From: Alphaproteobacteria bacterium
GTDB taxonomy: Bacteria; Pseudomonadota; Alphaproteobacteria; UBA8317
Assembly (NCBI GenBank): GCA_038131935.1
Contig: JAYPQH010000032.1
Location: forward strand, 128,001-192,000
DNA: 64,000 nt
Direction of reading: 5' to 3'
A program made the position numbers and the translations under genes. The notes beneath the pieces were generated by a model that searched no databases, was not told where the DNA came from, and worked only from the letters and a program-made list of their open reading frames with translations. Shown here piece after piece: positions 41,996 through 53,365 of the stretch. Every line of letters starts with the position of its first letter. Position 1 is the stretch's first letter.

Positions 41996-43195
41996 TCACA
42001 AACCTAACATTGCCTTGGAGACAATATTTTTTTGAATTTCATTGGAACCACCATAGATAGAGAGTTTGCGCAGGTTAAAATATTGACGAGCCAATGGCAT
42101 CGCGTCTTCTGGGCCAATGGGCTCTTCATTATAACCATCATCAAAAAACTCTGGTACAAATGGGCTCGCATATGGGCCAATAGCTTGCCTCATAAGATTT
42201 GAGATTTCCTGCCGCACTTCGGTTCCTTTGATTTTGAGAAGAGATGATTCAGCACCTGGTGCCTGTCCTGCTCCCGCAGCGGAAACGATCCTGAGGTTGA
42301 ATATATCCATAGCCATTAAGTCTATTTCTACTTCTGCCACCTTCGATGCGAACCGAGGGTCTGAAAGCAACGGCTTGCCGTTTTTCTTTTCACGTTTGGC
42401 AATGGTTTTTAAGTGACCGAGCATCTGCTTTGAATAACCAACACCAGCAATACCTGTTCGCTCATAAGTTAGTAGGTATTTTGCGTAGGTCCAACCTTCA
42501 TTTTCAACACCAACAAGATTTTCTACAGGAACACGAACATCTGTGAACCATACCTCATTCACTTCATGCTCCCCATCCAAAGTGATAATGGGTCTAATTT
42601 CGATTCCAGGAGTACTCAAATCAACAAGAAGGAATGAAATACCTTGCTGTGGTTTCGCAGCATCTGGATTGGTACGCACCAACACAAACATCATATTCGC
42701 ATGATGACCAAGCGTTGTCCAAGTCTTCTGCCCATTCACAATGTAATGGTCGCCATCACGAACTGCTTTTGTTTTCAGCGATGCCAAGTCAGAACCTGAA
42801 CCAGGCTCTGAATAACCTTGGGACCACCAATCTTCGCATGACACAATCCTTGGAAGATATTTCTTTTTATGTTCCTCAGACCCAAATTTAATTAACACTG
42901 GTCCCAACATATTTGGACCAAAGGGGACAATTCTTGGCGCCCCCACTGCGATCATTTCTTCCTCAAAAATATGCTTTTGAATAGGCGTCCAACCCGCACC
43001 ACCATGTTCCACGGGCCAATGCCAGCATAACCACCCCCTACTGCGCAATTTCTCATGCCAAAAGTCATAATCTTCTTTTTTTAACCGCTTATGATGTCGA
43101 ACTTTATTGGCAAGTTCTTGGGGCAAGTTTTCTGATAGCCAGCCGCGAACTTCATCGCGGAAGGCTACCTCTTCTTCGGTATAATGTAAGTCCAT
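41996..43195 (-). CDS. Acyl-CoA dehydrogenase, PimC-like subunit
   Basis: QGYSEPGSGSDLASL, NGQKTWTT, SIYGGSNEIQ. Confidence 0.93.
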   Translation of the reverse strand: MDLHYTEEEVAFRDEVRGWLSENLPQELANKVRHHKRLKKEDYDFWHEKLRSRGWLCWHWPVEHGGAGWTPIQKHIFEEEMIAVGAPRIVPFGPNMLGPVLIKFGSEEHKKKYLPRIVSCEDWWSQGYSEPGSGSDLASLKTKAVRDGDHYIVNGQKTWTTLGHHANMMFVLVRTNPDAAKPQQGISFLLVDLSTPGIEIRPIITLDGEHEVNEVWFTDVRVPVENLVGVENEGWTYAKYLLTYERTGIAGVGYSKQMLGHLKTIAKREKKNGKPLLSDPRFASKVAEVEIDLMAMDIFNLRIVSAAGAGQAPGAESSLLKIKGTEVRQEISNLMRQAIGPYASPFVPEFFDDGYNEEPIGPEDAMPLARQYFNLRKLSIYGGSNEIQKNIVSKAMLGL

Positions 43196-43205
43196 ATTTA
43201 GCTCC

Positions 43206-44378
43206 TTAAAGTGTGTCTGGATGGCCCCAAATACTTGTTACTTGGCTTGAAAGAACACCTCCGTTGCCGTGGGCAACGCTTAGCCGCGCATTTGGAATCC
43301 AACCGCCATCGAGACGCTGTCCCTCATCATCACCTGCAGCTGCACGAATTTGTCTGATAGCTTCAATGGTAACAAACAGGCCATACATACCTGGATGTAC
43401 ACAGGACAAACCCCCCCCATTGGTATTAACGGCTAAACCACCACCAGGAGCAATATGACCATTCTTGATAAAGTCCTTACCTTCGCCCTTGGCACAATAG
43501 CCTAGATCTTCAAGGAACAATATGGTGTTGATGGTGAACGCATCATAAAGCTGGAGCGTGTCCATATCTGATGGAGCGTAACCTGCCATTTCAAATGCTC
43601 GAGGACCAGAATCTGCAGCAGCGGTGCGGGTTAGATCTGGCATCGCAGAGATCATACGATGGTAATGCTGCATGGCAGCTCCAAGCAAATAAACAGGTGT
43701 TTTGGGTGCATCTTTGGCCCGATCTGGTCTGGTCATAATGATCGCCGCAGCCCCGTCTGTAACCAAACAACAATCTAGTTTTGTAAGAGGTGTCGAAATC
43801 ATTCTTGCACCTAATACATCCTCAACTGTGAGTGGTCCTTGCATAAATGCCTCTGGATTTAAATTGGCCCAGGCTCGCGCTGCTACAGCAACCTCAGCAA
43901 GATCTTCGCGGCTACCACCAAAGTCATGCATATAGCGACTTGCTGCCAAGGCATAAGCTGTCAAAGGCATCCGAGGCTGATAATCTGCTTCGTACGGCAT
44001 AGGTTCTGACACAGACTTAAAACCACCAGCGGTTCGTTGGTTTGATCCATAGGCAATCAACGCCGTATCAATGATGCCTGCCTCGATTGCCATGGCTGCG
44101 GTTAAAGCATGTGCCATAAATGACGATCCGCCAATATTATTCCCATCAGAAAATTTTGGGTGAATACCAAGATGTTCTGCAAGTGACATGGCTGGCATTG
44201 CGTGAACAGCAGTGGCAGCAAAAACTGCATCTATATCCTGCATTTTAATACCAGCATCCTGTACTGCACCATAGCATGCTTGTACCATGAGCTCCATAGA
44301 ATTGCGTCCTGGTGCTTCACCAACCCCAGCTGTGGCCACACCAATGCAAGCAGCTTTACCTCTTAATGTTTTGCTCAT
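43206..44378 (-). CDS. SCP-x-type thiolase-superfamily protein lacking the N-terminal nucleophilic Cys
   Basis: IGGSS, DCCLVTDGAAA, LYDAFT, NTNGGGLS.VHPG. Confidence 0.88.
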   Translation of the reverse strand: MSKTLRGKAACIGVATAGVGEAPGRNSMELMVQACYGAVQDAGIKMQDIDAVFAATAVHAMPAMSLAEHLGIHPKFSDGNNIGGSSFMAHALTAAMAIEAGIIDTALIAYGSNQRTAGGFKSVSEPMPYEADYQPRMPLTAYALAASRYMHDFGGSREDLAEVAVAARAWANLNPEAFMQGPLTVEDVLGARMISTPLTKLDCCLVTDGAAAIIMTRPDRAKDAPKTPVYLLGAAMQHYHRMISAMPDLTRTAAADSGPRAFEMAGYAPSDMDTLQLYDAFTINTILFLEDLGYCAKGEGKDFIKNGHIAPGGGLAVNTNGGGLSCVHPGMYGLFVTIEAIRQIRAAAGDDEGQRLDGGWIPNARLSVAHGNGGVLSSQVTSIWGHPDTL

Positions 44379-44766
44379 GACTGGCCTCCAACAGGTTTAA
44401 ACACGATAACTTTTTTCCCATTAATTTCTTCTATGGCAGCACAAACTGACATCCCAATTGTGACATCAGCTGGTGGAATATCGACAACCCGAGCCATCAT
44501 TCGGGGGCCTTCCTCAAGGTCAACCAATGCAACATTGTAATCACCACCTTGCTCTGGACGACGACTGGTTGAGGTTGTGGCATAAACAGTTCCTCTGCCG
44601 GAAGCTTCAACCCATTCGAGGTCATCAGCTCCTGTGAATGGATTAACGACGCGTGGGTAAAGACATAAGCGCCATCGGTGGTAGAGCGCTGTATCATAAA
44701 GCGGCCTTCTTCTAGAAATTCATGGAAACGGCCTTCTGGTCCCGTTCCTGAAAAATTATCTGACAT
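44375..44766 (-). CDS. DUF35/OB-fold acyl-CoA-binding protein (frameshift near 44660)
   Basis: Reconstructed FMIQRSTTDGAYVFYPR...WVEASGRGTVY...YNVALVDLEEGPRMMARV; stop overlaps thiolase ATG. Confidence 0.87.
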
Positions 44767-44784
44767 TTTTCTCTCCTCTGTTGT

Positions 44785-45762
44785 TCAACAAATTGATAGC
44801 TTAATTTCGCTTCGTGCATGGTTGTACTCTGCCTCAAGACGATCGATGAGATCGGAGACAGAACCACGTGTCTTTACGGAACCTATTCCTTGACCAGAGC
44901 CCCAAATATCCTTCCAAGACTTTGGCTTGGATGAACCTTTTTCAAAATTCATTGCAGACGCATCACTTTGTGGCAGGTTATTGGGATCAAGCCCTTGTGC
45001 TGTAACGGAGGCTTTCAAGTAATTTCCATGCACACCAGTAAAGTAATTTGTGTACACAATATCTTCCGCGCCTCCTGCGACAATCATGTTTTTGTAATCT
45101 TCGGAGGCATTTGCTTCGTTGGTCGCGATAAAAGCTGAGCCCATATATCCGAGATCTGCGCCCATAACTTGCGCTGCAAAAATAGCCCGCCCAGTTGCGA
45201 GCGACCCTGACAACAACAACGGACCGTCAAACCAGGACCGTATTTCTTCAATCAAAGCAAATGGCGATAATGTGCCCGCATGACCACCTGCACCCGCAGC
45301 TACAGCCACCAAGCCATCAGCCACTTTATCGATTGCTTTGAGTGCAAAACGGTTATTGATAACATCATGCAACGTGATCCCGCCACAATCATGTGCCGCG
45401 ACATTGACCTCTGCCCTAGCGCCTAAAGAGGTGATCCAAATAGGAACATTCCAGCGATGACATATTTCAATATCACGCTCGAGCCTGATGTTTGACCGAT
45501 GCACGATTTGGTTAACAGCATAAGGTGCGGCAGGATTATCCGGATGGCTTTGATTGTATCGATCAAGTTCCTCAGTTATATGACGTAGCCATGTTTCAAG
45601 CATTGGCGGCTCGCCGTCACTTTCACGCGCATTGAGTGCAGGAAAAGAACCAACAACACCAGCTTTACATTGTGCCACCACCATTTCTGGATTTGAAATC
45701 AGAAATAATGGTGATGCCACCAAAGGTATTCTCAAGCCACTCAAAATAGGAGGAAGCGACAT
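44785..45762 (-). CDS. Nitronate monooxygenase family flavin oxidoreductase
   Basis: SFPALNAR, AGAGGHAG, GADLGYMGSAFIAT, DIWGSGQG. Confidence 0.9.
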   Translation of the reverse strand: MSLPPILSGLRIPLVASPLFLISNPEMVVAQCKAGVVGSFPALNARESDGEPPMLETWLRHITEELDRYNQSHPDNPAAPYAVNQIVHRSNIRLERDIEICHRWNVPIWITSLGARAEVNVAAHDCGGITLHDVINNRFALKAIDKVADGLVAVAAGAGGHAGTLSPFALIEEIRSWFDGPLLLSGSLATGRAIFAAQVMGADLGYMGSAFIATNEANASEDYKNMIVAGGAEDIVYTNYFTGVHGNYLKASVTAQGLDPNNLPQSDASAMNFEKGSSKPKSWKDIWGSGQGIGSVKTRGSVSDLIDRLEAEYNHARSEIKLSIC

Positions 45763-47848
45763 CAAACAACCTCCCTAATCTGAATAAGTGCATCAAGTCC
45801 CACGCACCCGTTCGGCAGTACACGCAATGGATTGATTTCAGCTGAATCAAGTTGCTGTTCATGAGATGCTGCAAACACACTCATTTTCACGATTGCATCT
45901 ACCAATGCATTAACATCGGACACAGCTGCTCCTCGAGGACCATCAAGCAAAGCACGTAGTTTTAGACTATCAACCATACTTCTCGCTTGAGCTGCGCTTA
46001 CAGGTGCCCTCATAAAAGCCACATCTTTGAAAATTTCAGCATGGACACCTCCCATACCGATCATCACCAAGGGACCAAAAATAGGGTCAATACGCGCACC
46101 CAAAATCATGTCCACACCCTCTTCAACCATAGGTGTTAACAAAACCCCATCTATTTGTGCATTCGGCTCCAATTTCTTCACCGACGCCATCATATCCTCA
46201 AAGGCTGTTGCGGCCTCTTGAGCCGTTTTGAGATGAAGAACCACCCCTCCCACATCAGATTTATGCAAGATATCGGGTGATGAAATTTTCATGACCATTT
46301 CAGATGAATGTTTTTCCACAACCTTCATGACAGCATCAGCTGTAGACGCCAACTCATCCTGTACCATAGATAGCCCAAACTGCTGGAGAATAGCTTTCGC
46401 TTGTTGTTCGGTAGACGCATTTGGCAACGTCACAGATGTTGGCAACGCTATTTTATTGCCTTCAGTTTTATCAGCAAAAGACATTCCAAAATGCATCATA
46501 GCCTTCAACGCTGCCAGTGCGCGTGTGGGATCTGTAAATGTTGGAAAACCTTCTTTTCGTAGGCTTCACACATTTCTTGTGGTGCCAACATCACATGCAA
46601 AAACAGTCGATCAGGATAGTCCTTCATGGTATGTTTTAGATATTCAAGCAAAGGTTTCCCCAACAGTGGGGAACCTGCTACGGACGTCCAAAATCCCACC
46701 AACCCATCATAGCCACCGCGGTCTAACATGGCCTTGGTAAATTTGGGAATGAGGGACAAATCATTAAAAAATTGTGCCGTTACATCGACAGGATTTCGAG
46801 GTGCAGCGAAAGGAAGAACTTTTTTCATTTCTTCTTGTGCATCGATTGGCATAGGGGCCACATCCAATGACAAATCGGAGGCAGCATCCGCCATAAGAAT
46901 GCCTGCACCCCCTGAAATCGTAACAAGTCCAACCTTTTTTCCAACTGGATAAATGCGCGGACGTGCAGCTACCGCAACATCAATCATCTCCTCAGTTGAT
47001 TGAACACGGTAGGCACCATACTGTTTGAAAATAGCGTCATAGACAGCATCTTCGCCTGCAAGAGAAGCTGTATGACTTGAGGCTGCAGCCGCACCTACTT
47101 CAGAACGACCAACTTTTGTAATCACCACAGGCTTTTTGTTGGCCCGAGCAGCTTCCAAAGCTTCAATCATCAGCGGCCCATTTTTGATCGATTCGACATA
47201 TGCAAGGATTGTATGAACAGACTCCTCTGCTGCATACATTTTTATCACCTCTGCGACCTCAATATCTACTTCATTACCTGTTGTTACCCACTGACCAATT
47301 CCCAACCCTCGCTCATGACAGGACATGTAAATATGGCTGCCATACGCACCGGATTGTGAGGCAATTGCCAGCCCTCCTGGTCGCGGCGTGGCGCGATCAA
47401 TACTGGAGGTAAACGTGGCATAAAAATGCTCTGAAGCATTGAATAGACCCAAGCAGTTTGGTCCGATAATTCGGATATTTTTGTTTTTACCGACGAGGTA
47501 AAGCTCTTCCTGAAGCGCTGCACCCTCCTCACCCATTTCCGCAAAACCTGAAGAGAAAATCAAAGCGGCTTTTGCCCCTTTTTCTGCTGCATCACGCACT
47601 TGTCCAGCCACTTGAGCGGCTGGTACAGCAATGATTGCAAAATCAATGTCATCGGGAAGAGCCTTGAGTGAGGGATAGGAGGTTACACCCTGTATTGTCT
47701 CCCGGTTGGGATTAACCGGGTAACATATTCCTTTGAATTCTGGTTTAAGCATATAGGACATGGGTCGCCCACCAATCCGTGTTGGATTGTCTGAGGCGCC
47801 AACGATAGCTAGCCTCTTAGGGGCAGTGAGATCGCTTAATATTGTCAT
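45762..47848 (-). CDS. ADP-forming acyl-CoA ligase (acetate--CoA ligase family; frameshift near 46555)
   Basis: GPNCLG, SQSG, SHTASLAG (phospho-His), NPVD; ATP-grasp HKSDVGGV, DPIFGP, EINPL. Confidence 0.9.
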
Positions 47849-49374
47849 TATTTAGCCCTTATCGAAATACCCAAACGGGCACGACGTCGTAACCATGGCG
47901 TTGGACGATATCTATCAGATCCAGTTGTCCTTTGCGCACCTTCCAGAACAGCAAGAATATCTTGTGCTCCATAAGCTTCAATAAACTCTAATGGGCCATG
48001 TGGATAGTTTAGACCCAACCTCATAGCCAAATCTATATCGGTATCTGAAGCTAGGCCAACTTCCGCCATGTAACAACCTAAATTGGCGACCATTGCCACA
48101 ATTCTCTGGCCAATAAACCCGCATGAATCCTTAATCCACGTTACTTTTCGGCCTGTTTGAACCAAAGAAGATGCTACAATTTCACCCACCTCTTCGCTCG
48201 CACCGGGGGCCATCATCATGGTAACACGAACATCATGGCGCCCCATAGGATCAAGACAAACAAGACGTTTATAATCAACAGCATGATGCAGTGCGGTGTC
48301 CGTAGCATCCATACCCACTGGCGCTGCAATGATTGGGCAGGATCCATCGTCTTCGATAACCTGCAGACCTAACTCAGCACAAAGCGCCAAAGCGCGCTCA
48401 TCAGAAGAGATTATGGCCACCGAGCCTGAAACAGCTTGCGGATGATAGTCTCCAGCATCCCGCCCTAACATATCACCTGGTTTATACCCCTGCATGTCTG
48501 AGGTTGCGTAATCATACCAACCACCCGATGTTTTGCGACCATATCTACCCGCATCAAACATTGCTTTATGCTCTGGGGTGGTTTTGATTCTAGGGTCCTG
48601 GTTATAGCCATTGTAAATGATTTGTCGCACAGGATAGTTCACATCAATTCCTGTTAAATCTCCTAATTCAAAGGGCCCCATTCGAAATCCATGACAGTCT
48701 CTCATAACTGAATCAATTTGAGCTGGTGACGCCACGCCATCATGGTGAACCATAAAACCCTCAGTTGTGAACGCACTTCCACCCATATTAACCAAGAATC
48801 CCGGCGAATCTTTAACCCGAACAGGGGTTCTGGTCATAAGTTTGCCGATATGTGTAAGACTGTCTGCGGTTTCAGATGACGTATCCGCTGCAACAATCAC
48901 TTCAACCAACTTCATTAATGGAACAGGGTTAAAGAAATGAAATCCCGCAATCCGGTCTCGTTTTTTACAAGCGGATGCAATTGAAGCAATTGGAATGGAG
49001 GAGGTATTAGAGGCTATAATACAGGCCTCAGACACAACAGCCTCTACATCCTGGAAAAGCTGACGCTTAACCTCTAAGTTTTCAAAAATTGCTTCGACAA
49101 CGAGATGACATGCAGAGAGATCAGAAAGATCTTTGCAAACGACCATCAAACCAACCGCTTTTTCACATTCCTCGACTGACAAACGACCTTTTTCTACCAA
49201 CCGCTCCAAACGTGCTGTAATTTTCTCAACAGCAGCAGCTGCTCCACCTTCCTTCGCATCAAATACAAGCGTTTTCATTCCACCTTGCACAGATACTTGA
49301 ACAATTCCCTGACCCATTGCTCCGGCGCCTACCACACCCACTATCAATTGCTCTGATGAGTATTGTGCAAACAT
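47848..49374 (-). CDS. 3-hydroxyacyl-CoA dehydrogenase (PaaH-like long form)
   Basis: GAGAMGQG, SNTSS, HFFNPVPLMKLVE, MGPFEL. Confidence 0.92.
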   Translation of the reverse strand: MFAQYSSEQLIVGVVGAGAMGQGIVQVSVQGGMKTLVFDAKEGGAAAAVEKITARLERLVEKGRLSVEECEKAVGLMVVCKDLSDLSACHLVVEAIFENLEVKRQLFQDVEAVVSEACIIASNTSSIPIASIASACKKRDRIAGFHFFNPVPLMKLVEVIVAADTSSETADSLTHIGKLMTRTPVRVKDSPGFLVNMGGSAFTTEGFMVHHDGVASPAQIDSVMRDCHGFRMGPFELGDLTGIDVNYPVRQIIYNGYNQDPRIKTTPEHKAMFDAGRYGRKTSGGWYDYATSDMQGYKPGDMLGRDAGDYHPQAVSGSVAIISSDERALALCAELGLQVIEDDGSCPIIAAPVGMDATDTALHHAVDYKRLVCLDPMGRHDVRVTMMMAPGASEEVGEIVASSLVQTGRKVTWIKDSCGFIGQRIVAMVANLGCYMAEVGLASDTDIDLAMRLGLNYPHGPLEFIEAYGAQDILAVLEGAQRTTGSDRYRPTPWLRRRARLGISIRAK

Positions 49375-49468
49375 AATCGTCTCCTTTTTCCCTTAAGAAA
49401 TGTGAACAATGACAACGTCAACCTACAAGAATTTGATCTAGCCATTTTTCTCTGTTTATGAAAGAGAC

Positions 49469-49483
49469 TTTCGCAGAGCAAAA
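49469..49483. promoter_or_regulatory. Putative IclR-type operator
   Basis: TTTCGCAGAGCAAAA imperfect palindrome in a divergent intergenic region; similar site at 52040. Confidence 0.5.
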
Positions 49484-49522
49484 CCAATCTGCCAAGTGGT
49501 GAAATAAAAGAGAGAGAAAAAA

Positions 49523-50296
49523 ATGTCTGACATTGTCACATGCGAATTTTTAGAAAATGCCACGGCACTCGTGCGCATCAACCGTCCTGAAGCATTAAAC
49601 GCTCTAAACATGGCTTTACGCAAGGACCTCGCAGAAACATTTTTAGCGTTACAAGAGCGCAGCGACGTGCGCGCAATTGTTTTAACAGGTGACGAGCGGG
49701 CATTTGCCGCAGGAGCCGACCTAAAGGAATTTGTAGATGCTTCTGCTGTTGATATGATCAAAAGAAGAGCAGAACGGTATTGGCAAGCCGTTGCATCAAC
49801 ACCTCAACCTGTCATTGCCGCTATACGTGGGTATGCCATGGGAGGTGGCTTGGAGCTCGCCATGGCATGTGATCTCATCGTGGTTGGTGAAAATGCACAG
49901 TTGGGACAACCAGAAATCAAGGTGGGGATCATGCCTGGAGCTGGGGGAACTCAAAGACTGACCAGGGCGGTAGGAAAATTCAACGCCATGAAAATCAATC
50001 TTCTAGGCAAGCCATTTTCAGGTCGAGATGCATTTAATATGGGGCTTGCATGTGAAGTTTGCGCTGATGAAGACGTTTTGGACACAGCATTGAAAATGGC
50101 TAAGAGCATATCACATATGCCACCTCTCGCTGCCCAGGCCATTAAGGAAGCTGTTGTTTTTGGAGAGAGCGCCTCTCTTGAAACAGGGTTATTGTTGGAG
50201 CGCAAATCCTTCCAAGTCCTCTTTGCGACTGAAGACCGCAAAGAGGGCATGGAAGCTTTCATTGAGAAGAGAAAGCCAAGCTTTTCAGGAAAGTAA
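49523..50296 (+). CDS. Enoyl-CoA hydratase
   Basis: FAAGADLKE, GGGLELA, GQPEI, PGAGGTQRL. Confidence 0.93.
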   Translation: MSDIVTCEFLENATALVRINRPEALNALNMALRKDLAETFLALQERSDVRAIVLTGDERAFAAGADLKEFVDASAVDMIKRRAERYWQAVASTPQPVIAAIRGYAMGGGLELAMACDLIVVGENAQLGQPEIKVGIMPGAGGTQRLTRAVGKFNAMKINLLGKPFSGRDAFNMGLACEVCADEDVLDTALKMAKSISHMPPLAAQAIKEAVVFGESASLETGLLLERKSFQVLFATEDRKEGMEAFIEKRKPSFSGK

Positions 50297-51947
50297 TCAA
50301 CGCCCACCGCGCAGTGCTTCTACGGTAGTAAAGGCACTGATTGCTTCAACTGATGACCTCACATCCAGCAGCGCTGGACCATCATGGGCCAGAAACGCTG
50401 AGACTATGTTCGCGATATCGTCACCTAAACCCACACAGAATCCCTTAGCACCAAACGATTCTGCCCAAGCGGCAAAGTCAGGATTCACAAGTTGTGTAGC
50501 TGTTATCCGATGTGGATGATCACGCTCTTGGTGCAATCTAATTGTACCATAACTGCCATTGTTGGAGACGATTATTTTGATATCCAGTTGACAGGCCATG
50601 GCTGTAGCCAGTTCATTTCCGGTCATCATTAAGCCACCATCCCCAGCGAACGCCAATATCGTTTTACCAGGATATCGCAACCCAGCTGCAACAGCCCCAG
50701 GAACCCCAAGTCCCATAGCTCCTCCAACGGCACCAAGAGTCTTCTGCTTTCCAGAAAAAGACCAAATGCGGTGAACCCATGAAGAAAAATTACCTGCATC
50801 TTCACTAATGATAGAATCCGCTGGAGCGCGCTTCACCAATTTCCAGCATCACGGCACCAAAATCCAAGCCATCATCAAAATTTCGTACAGCATAATTTTT
50901 TACTGTGGACATGAATTCTGCAATTTCTTCCATCCAAGCCATCCTATCAGCACTTGAAACGGCATCACGTGCAGCAAGAGCATAACAAAATGCAGACGGA
51001 TCTGACACGACTGGCAATTCCGTGCGGAAAACACGCCCTATTGGCGATGCATCTTGATAAACGTGGATCAACGGAGCCTGTGGCTCAGGGGCTGTGGGCA
51101 ATTGGTACCCTTGGGTTGGTGTGTCAGATAACCTCGTACCGATCGCCAACAAAAGATCGTGCTTTTTGAGCAATTCAACATGTGGCTTTGGAATCTTGAA
51201 GCCCAAATGACCTGCAAAGTGTGGGAGAGAATTGTCAAAAATTTCTTGATGCCTGAAGGTAAGGGCAACCGGAATATTATGCTTTTTTGCAAGCGCTTCT
51301 AACGCGGCACGTCCAGCATCACTATCCAAGCCTCCACCGGCCATAATGAGTGGACGCTTTGCCTTCGCCAATAAAGCTGCTGCCTGTTCCACAGCCTCAG
51401 GGTCAACACCGGGCCGAGCAACTGGCATCTTTGGCCAGATTTCTTCAGGCAAATCATCAGCGAGCATATCCTCTTGCAGGACAATCACCACAGGGCCTGG
51501 GGTGCCTGATTGGCTATCATGAAACGCGCGTGCAACCACTTCAGACAGCTGCTCTGAACGCTCAACCTCCCAAACTTTTTTGGCCATACCACCGAAAAAT
51601 TGCTCATAATCTACTTCTTGGAAAGCGCCTCGCCCTCTTTCTTCTCTTGAGACTTGTCCAATGATCAGCACAAGCGGGACAGCATCTTGTTGCGCCAAAT
51701 GAACCCCTATGGATGCGTTCGTAGCACCAGGACCCCTACTAACCGCGACAACACCAGGTTTCCCCGTCAATTTTGCGTCAGCTACGGCCATGAAGCCAGC
51801 ACCGCCTTCATGGCGACAAGCAACAACTGAAATTTCTGTATCATGTAAGGCATCTAACAATGACAGATAGCTCTCACCTGGAACACAAAAGATTCTATCA
51901 GCACCTTGTTGTGATAATGATTTGGCCATTAAGTCTGCTGCACGCAT
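50297..51947 (-). CDS. Thiamine diphosphate-dependent enzyme, acetolactate synthase-like (frameshift near 50840)
   Basis: VPGESYL, RHEGGA, RGPGATN, GDGG...NNGSYG. Confidence 0.9.
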
Positions 51948-52009
51948 GGGCGGTGTCTCCTTTTGGTGGTAAATGCCAGAAAAATACTGGGCGCGACAAA
52001 AAACAGTAA

Positions 52010-52054
52010 TTGACGCCAAGCATGATACGCGAGATGCTGTTTCGCAAGCTGAAA
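52010..52054 (+). promoter_or_regulatory. Putative sigma70 promoter with overlapping IclR-type operator
   Basis: TTGACG-N17-GATGCT followed by TTTCGCAAGCTGAAA (52040-52054). Confidence 0.5.
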
Positions 52055-52115
52055 TTCAGCTTTTCGATGTTTTAACCAAAAAAACACGAAAAACATTCAT
52101 AGGGAGAACAGTATA

Positions 52116-53288
52116 ATGATAAAAACTTTTTCTGCTTTGGTAACGGGTTCAATGCTGTTAGCCACCACGGCTTTTGCTGGTGGTCATGGCGTAGATCTAC
52201 CAAAACAACTTGCTTGGACGGCATATGGCACAGGATCAGCAGGATACAACCAATCCGTTGCTATTGGCGCAGCACTAAAAGATGCAGCTGGTGTAAGCCT
52301 TAGGGTATTACCTGGTAAGAATGATATCGCCCGCACAGAGCCTTTGAGACAGGGTAAAGTGCAATTCTCAGCGACCGGTGTGGGTGGGTCGTTCATGGCT
52401 CAAGAAGGCGTCTTTCAGTTTGGCGCAAAAAATTGGGGCCCACAGAATGTTCGGGTATTGATGGCAAACAACGGGAGGACAGTAGGTCTGTCTACGTGGA
52501 TTGCTGCCGACATCTGTGAAAAAGTTGGAAAAGCTGGCTGTGATGGATTCGAATATTCTGACTTGAAGGGCATGCGTGTAGCATGGGTTAAAGGTGCACC
52601 AGCCCTCAATGTAAATAACGAAGCCTATCTTGCATATGGTGGTTTGACCTGGAATGACGTCCAAAAAGTTGAGTTTGGTGGATTTGGAGCCAGCTGGAAA
52701 GGACTCATCAATGGCGACGTGGATGCTGTTTTTGCATCAACGAATTCTGGCCGCGTGTATGAAGCTGAAACAGGTCCTCGTGGTGTTTTCCTGCCACCTA
52801 TCGATGCCAACAATAAAGAAGGACTGGCAAGAATGGCTGCCATCGCACCTTTCTTCTCGCCTATGATGGCCAAGGTTGGCGCAACTATTGACGGAAAGCA
52901 GCCACGTCCGACCGCTGGCTATGCCTATCCGGTGCTTACCGCAATGGAAGGTCAAGACGAAAACCTTGTCTACAACATGACCAAGGCCATGGTAACCTTG
53001 TTCGATAAATATGACGGCAAAGCCCCTGGGATCTCAGGCTGGGCACAAGAAAAACAAAACTACAAGTGGGTTGTTCCTTATCACAAGGGCGCCGTAAAGT
53101 TTTGGAAAGAAATGGGCGTTTGGAATGATGAGCATGATGCACATAATAACAAACTTATTGACCGCCAAAAAACACTCCAAAAAGCTTGGTCAGATCTAGC
53201 AGCAACCAATCCAAGCGATTGGGAAGCAGCGTGGCAGAAAACACGCCGCGACGCACTTCAATCTGGTGGCTTTGAGGTTGTTTTCTGA
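52116..53288 (+). CDS. TAXI-family TRAP solute-binding protein
   Basis: Signal peptide, WTAYGTGSAGY, RVLPGKND, PYHKGAVKFWKE; precedes fused TRAP permease. Confidence 0.9.
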   Translation: MIKTFSALVTGSMLLATTAFAGGHGVDLPKQLAWTAYGTGSAGYNQSVAIGAALKDAAGVSLRVLPGKNDIARTEPLRQGKVQFSATGVGGSFMAQEGVFQFGAKNWGPQNVRVLMANNGRTVGLSTWIAADICEKVGKAGCDGFEYSDLKGMRVAWVKGAPALNVNNEAYLAYGGLTWNDVQKVEFGGFGASWKGLINGDVDAVFASTNSGRVYEAETGPRGVFLPPIDANNKEGLARMAAIAPFFSPMMAKVGATIDGKQPRPTAGYAYPVLTAMEGQDENLVYNMTKAMVTLFDKYDGKAPGISGWAQEKQNYKWVVPYHKGAVKFWKEMGVWNDEHDAHNNKLIDRQKTLQKAWSDLAATNPSDWEAAWQKTRRDALQSGGFEVVF

Positions 53289-53315
53289 TTTCCTTAACTT
53301 TTTGTTTTTTACAAA

Positions 53316-53342
53316 ACCCCATCTCTTTTTGAGAGATGGGGT
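53316..53342. terminator. Stem-loop between TAXI binding protein and permease genes
   Basis: ACCCCATCTCT-N5-AGAGATGGGGT inverted repeat. Confidence 0.65.
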
Positions 53343-53365
53343 CTCACTGCTTCACGAGGTTTGTG

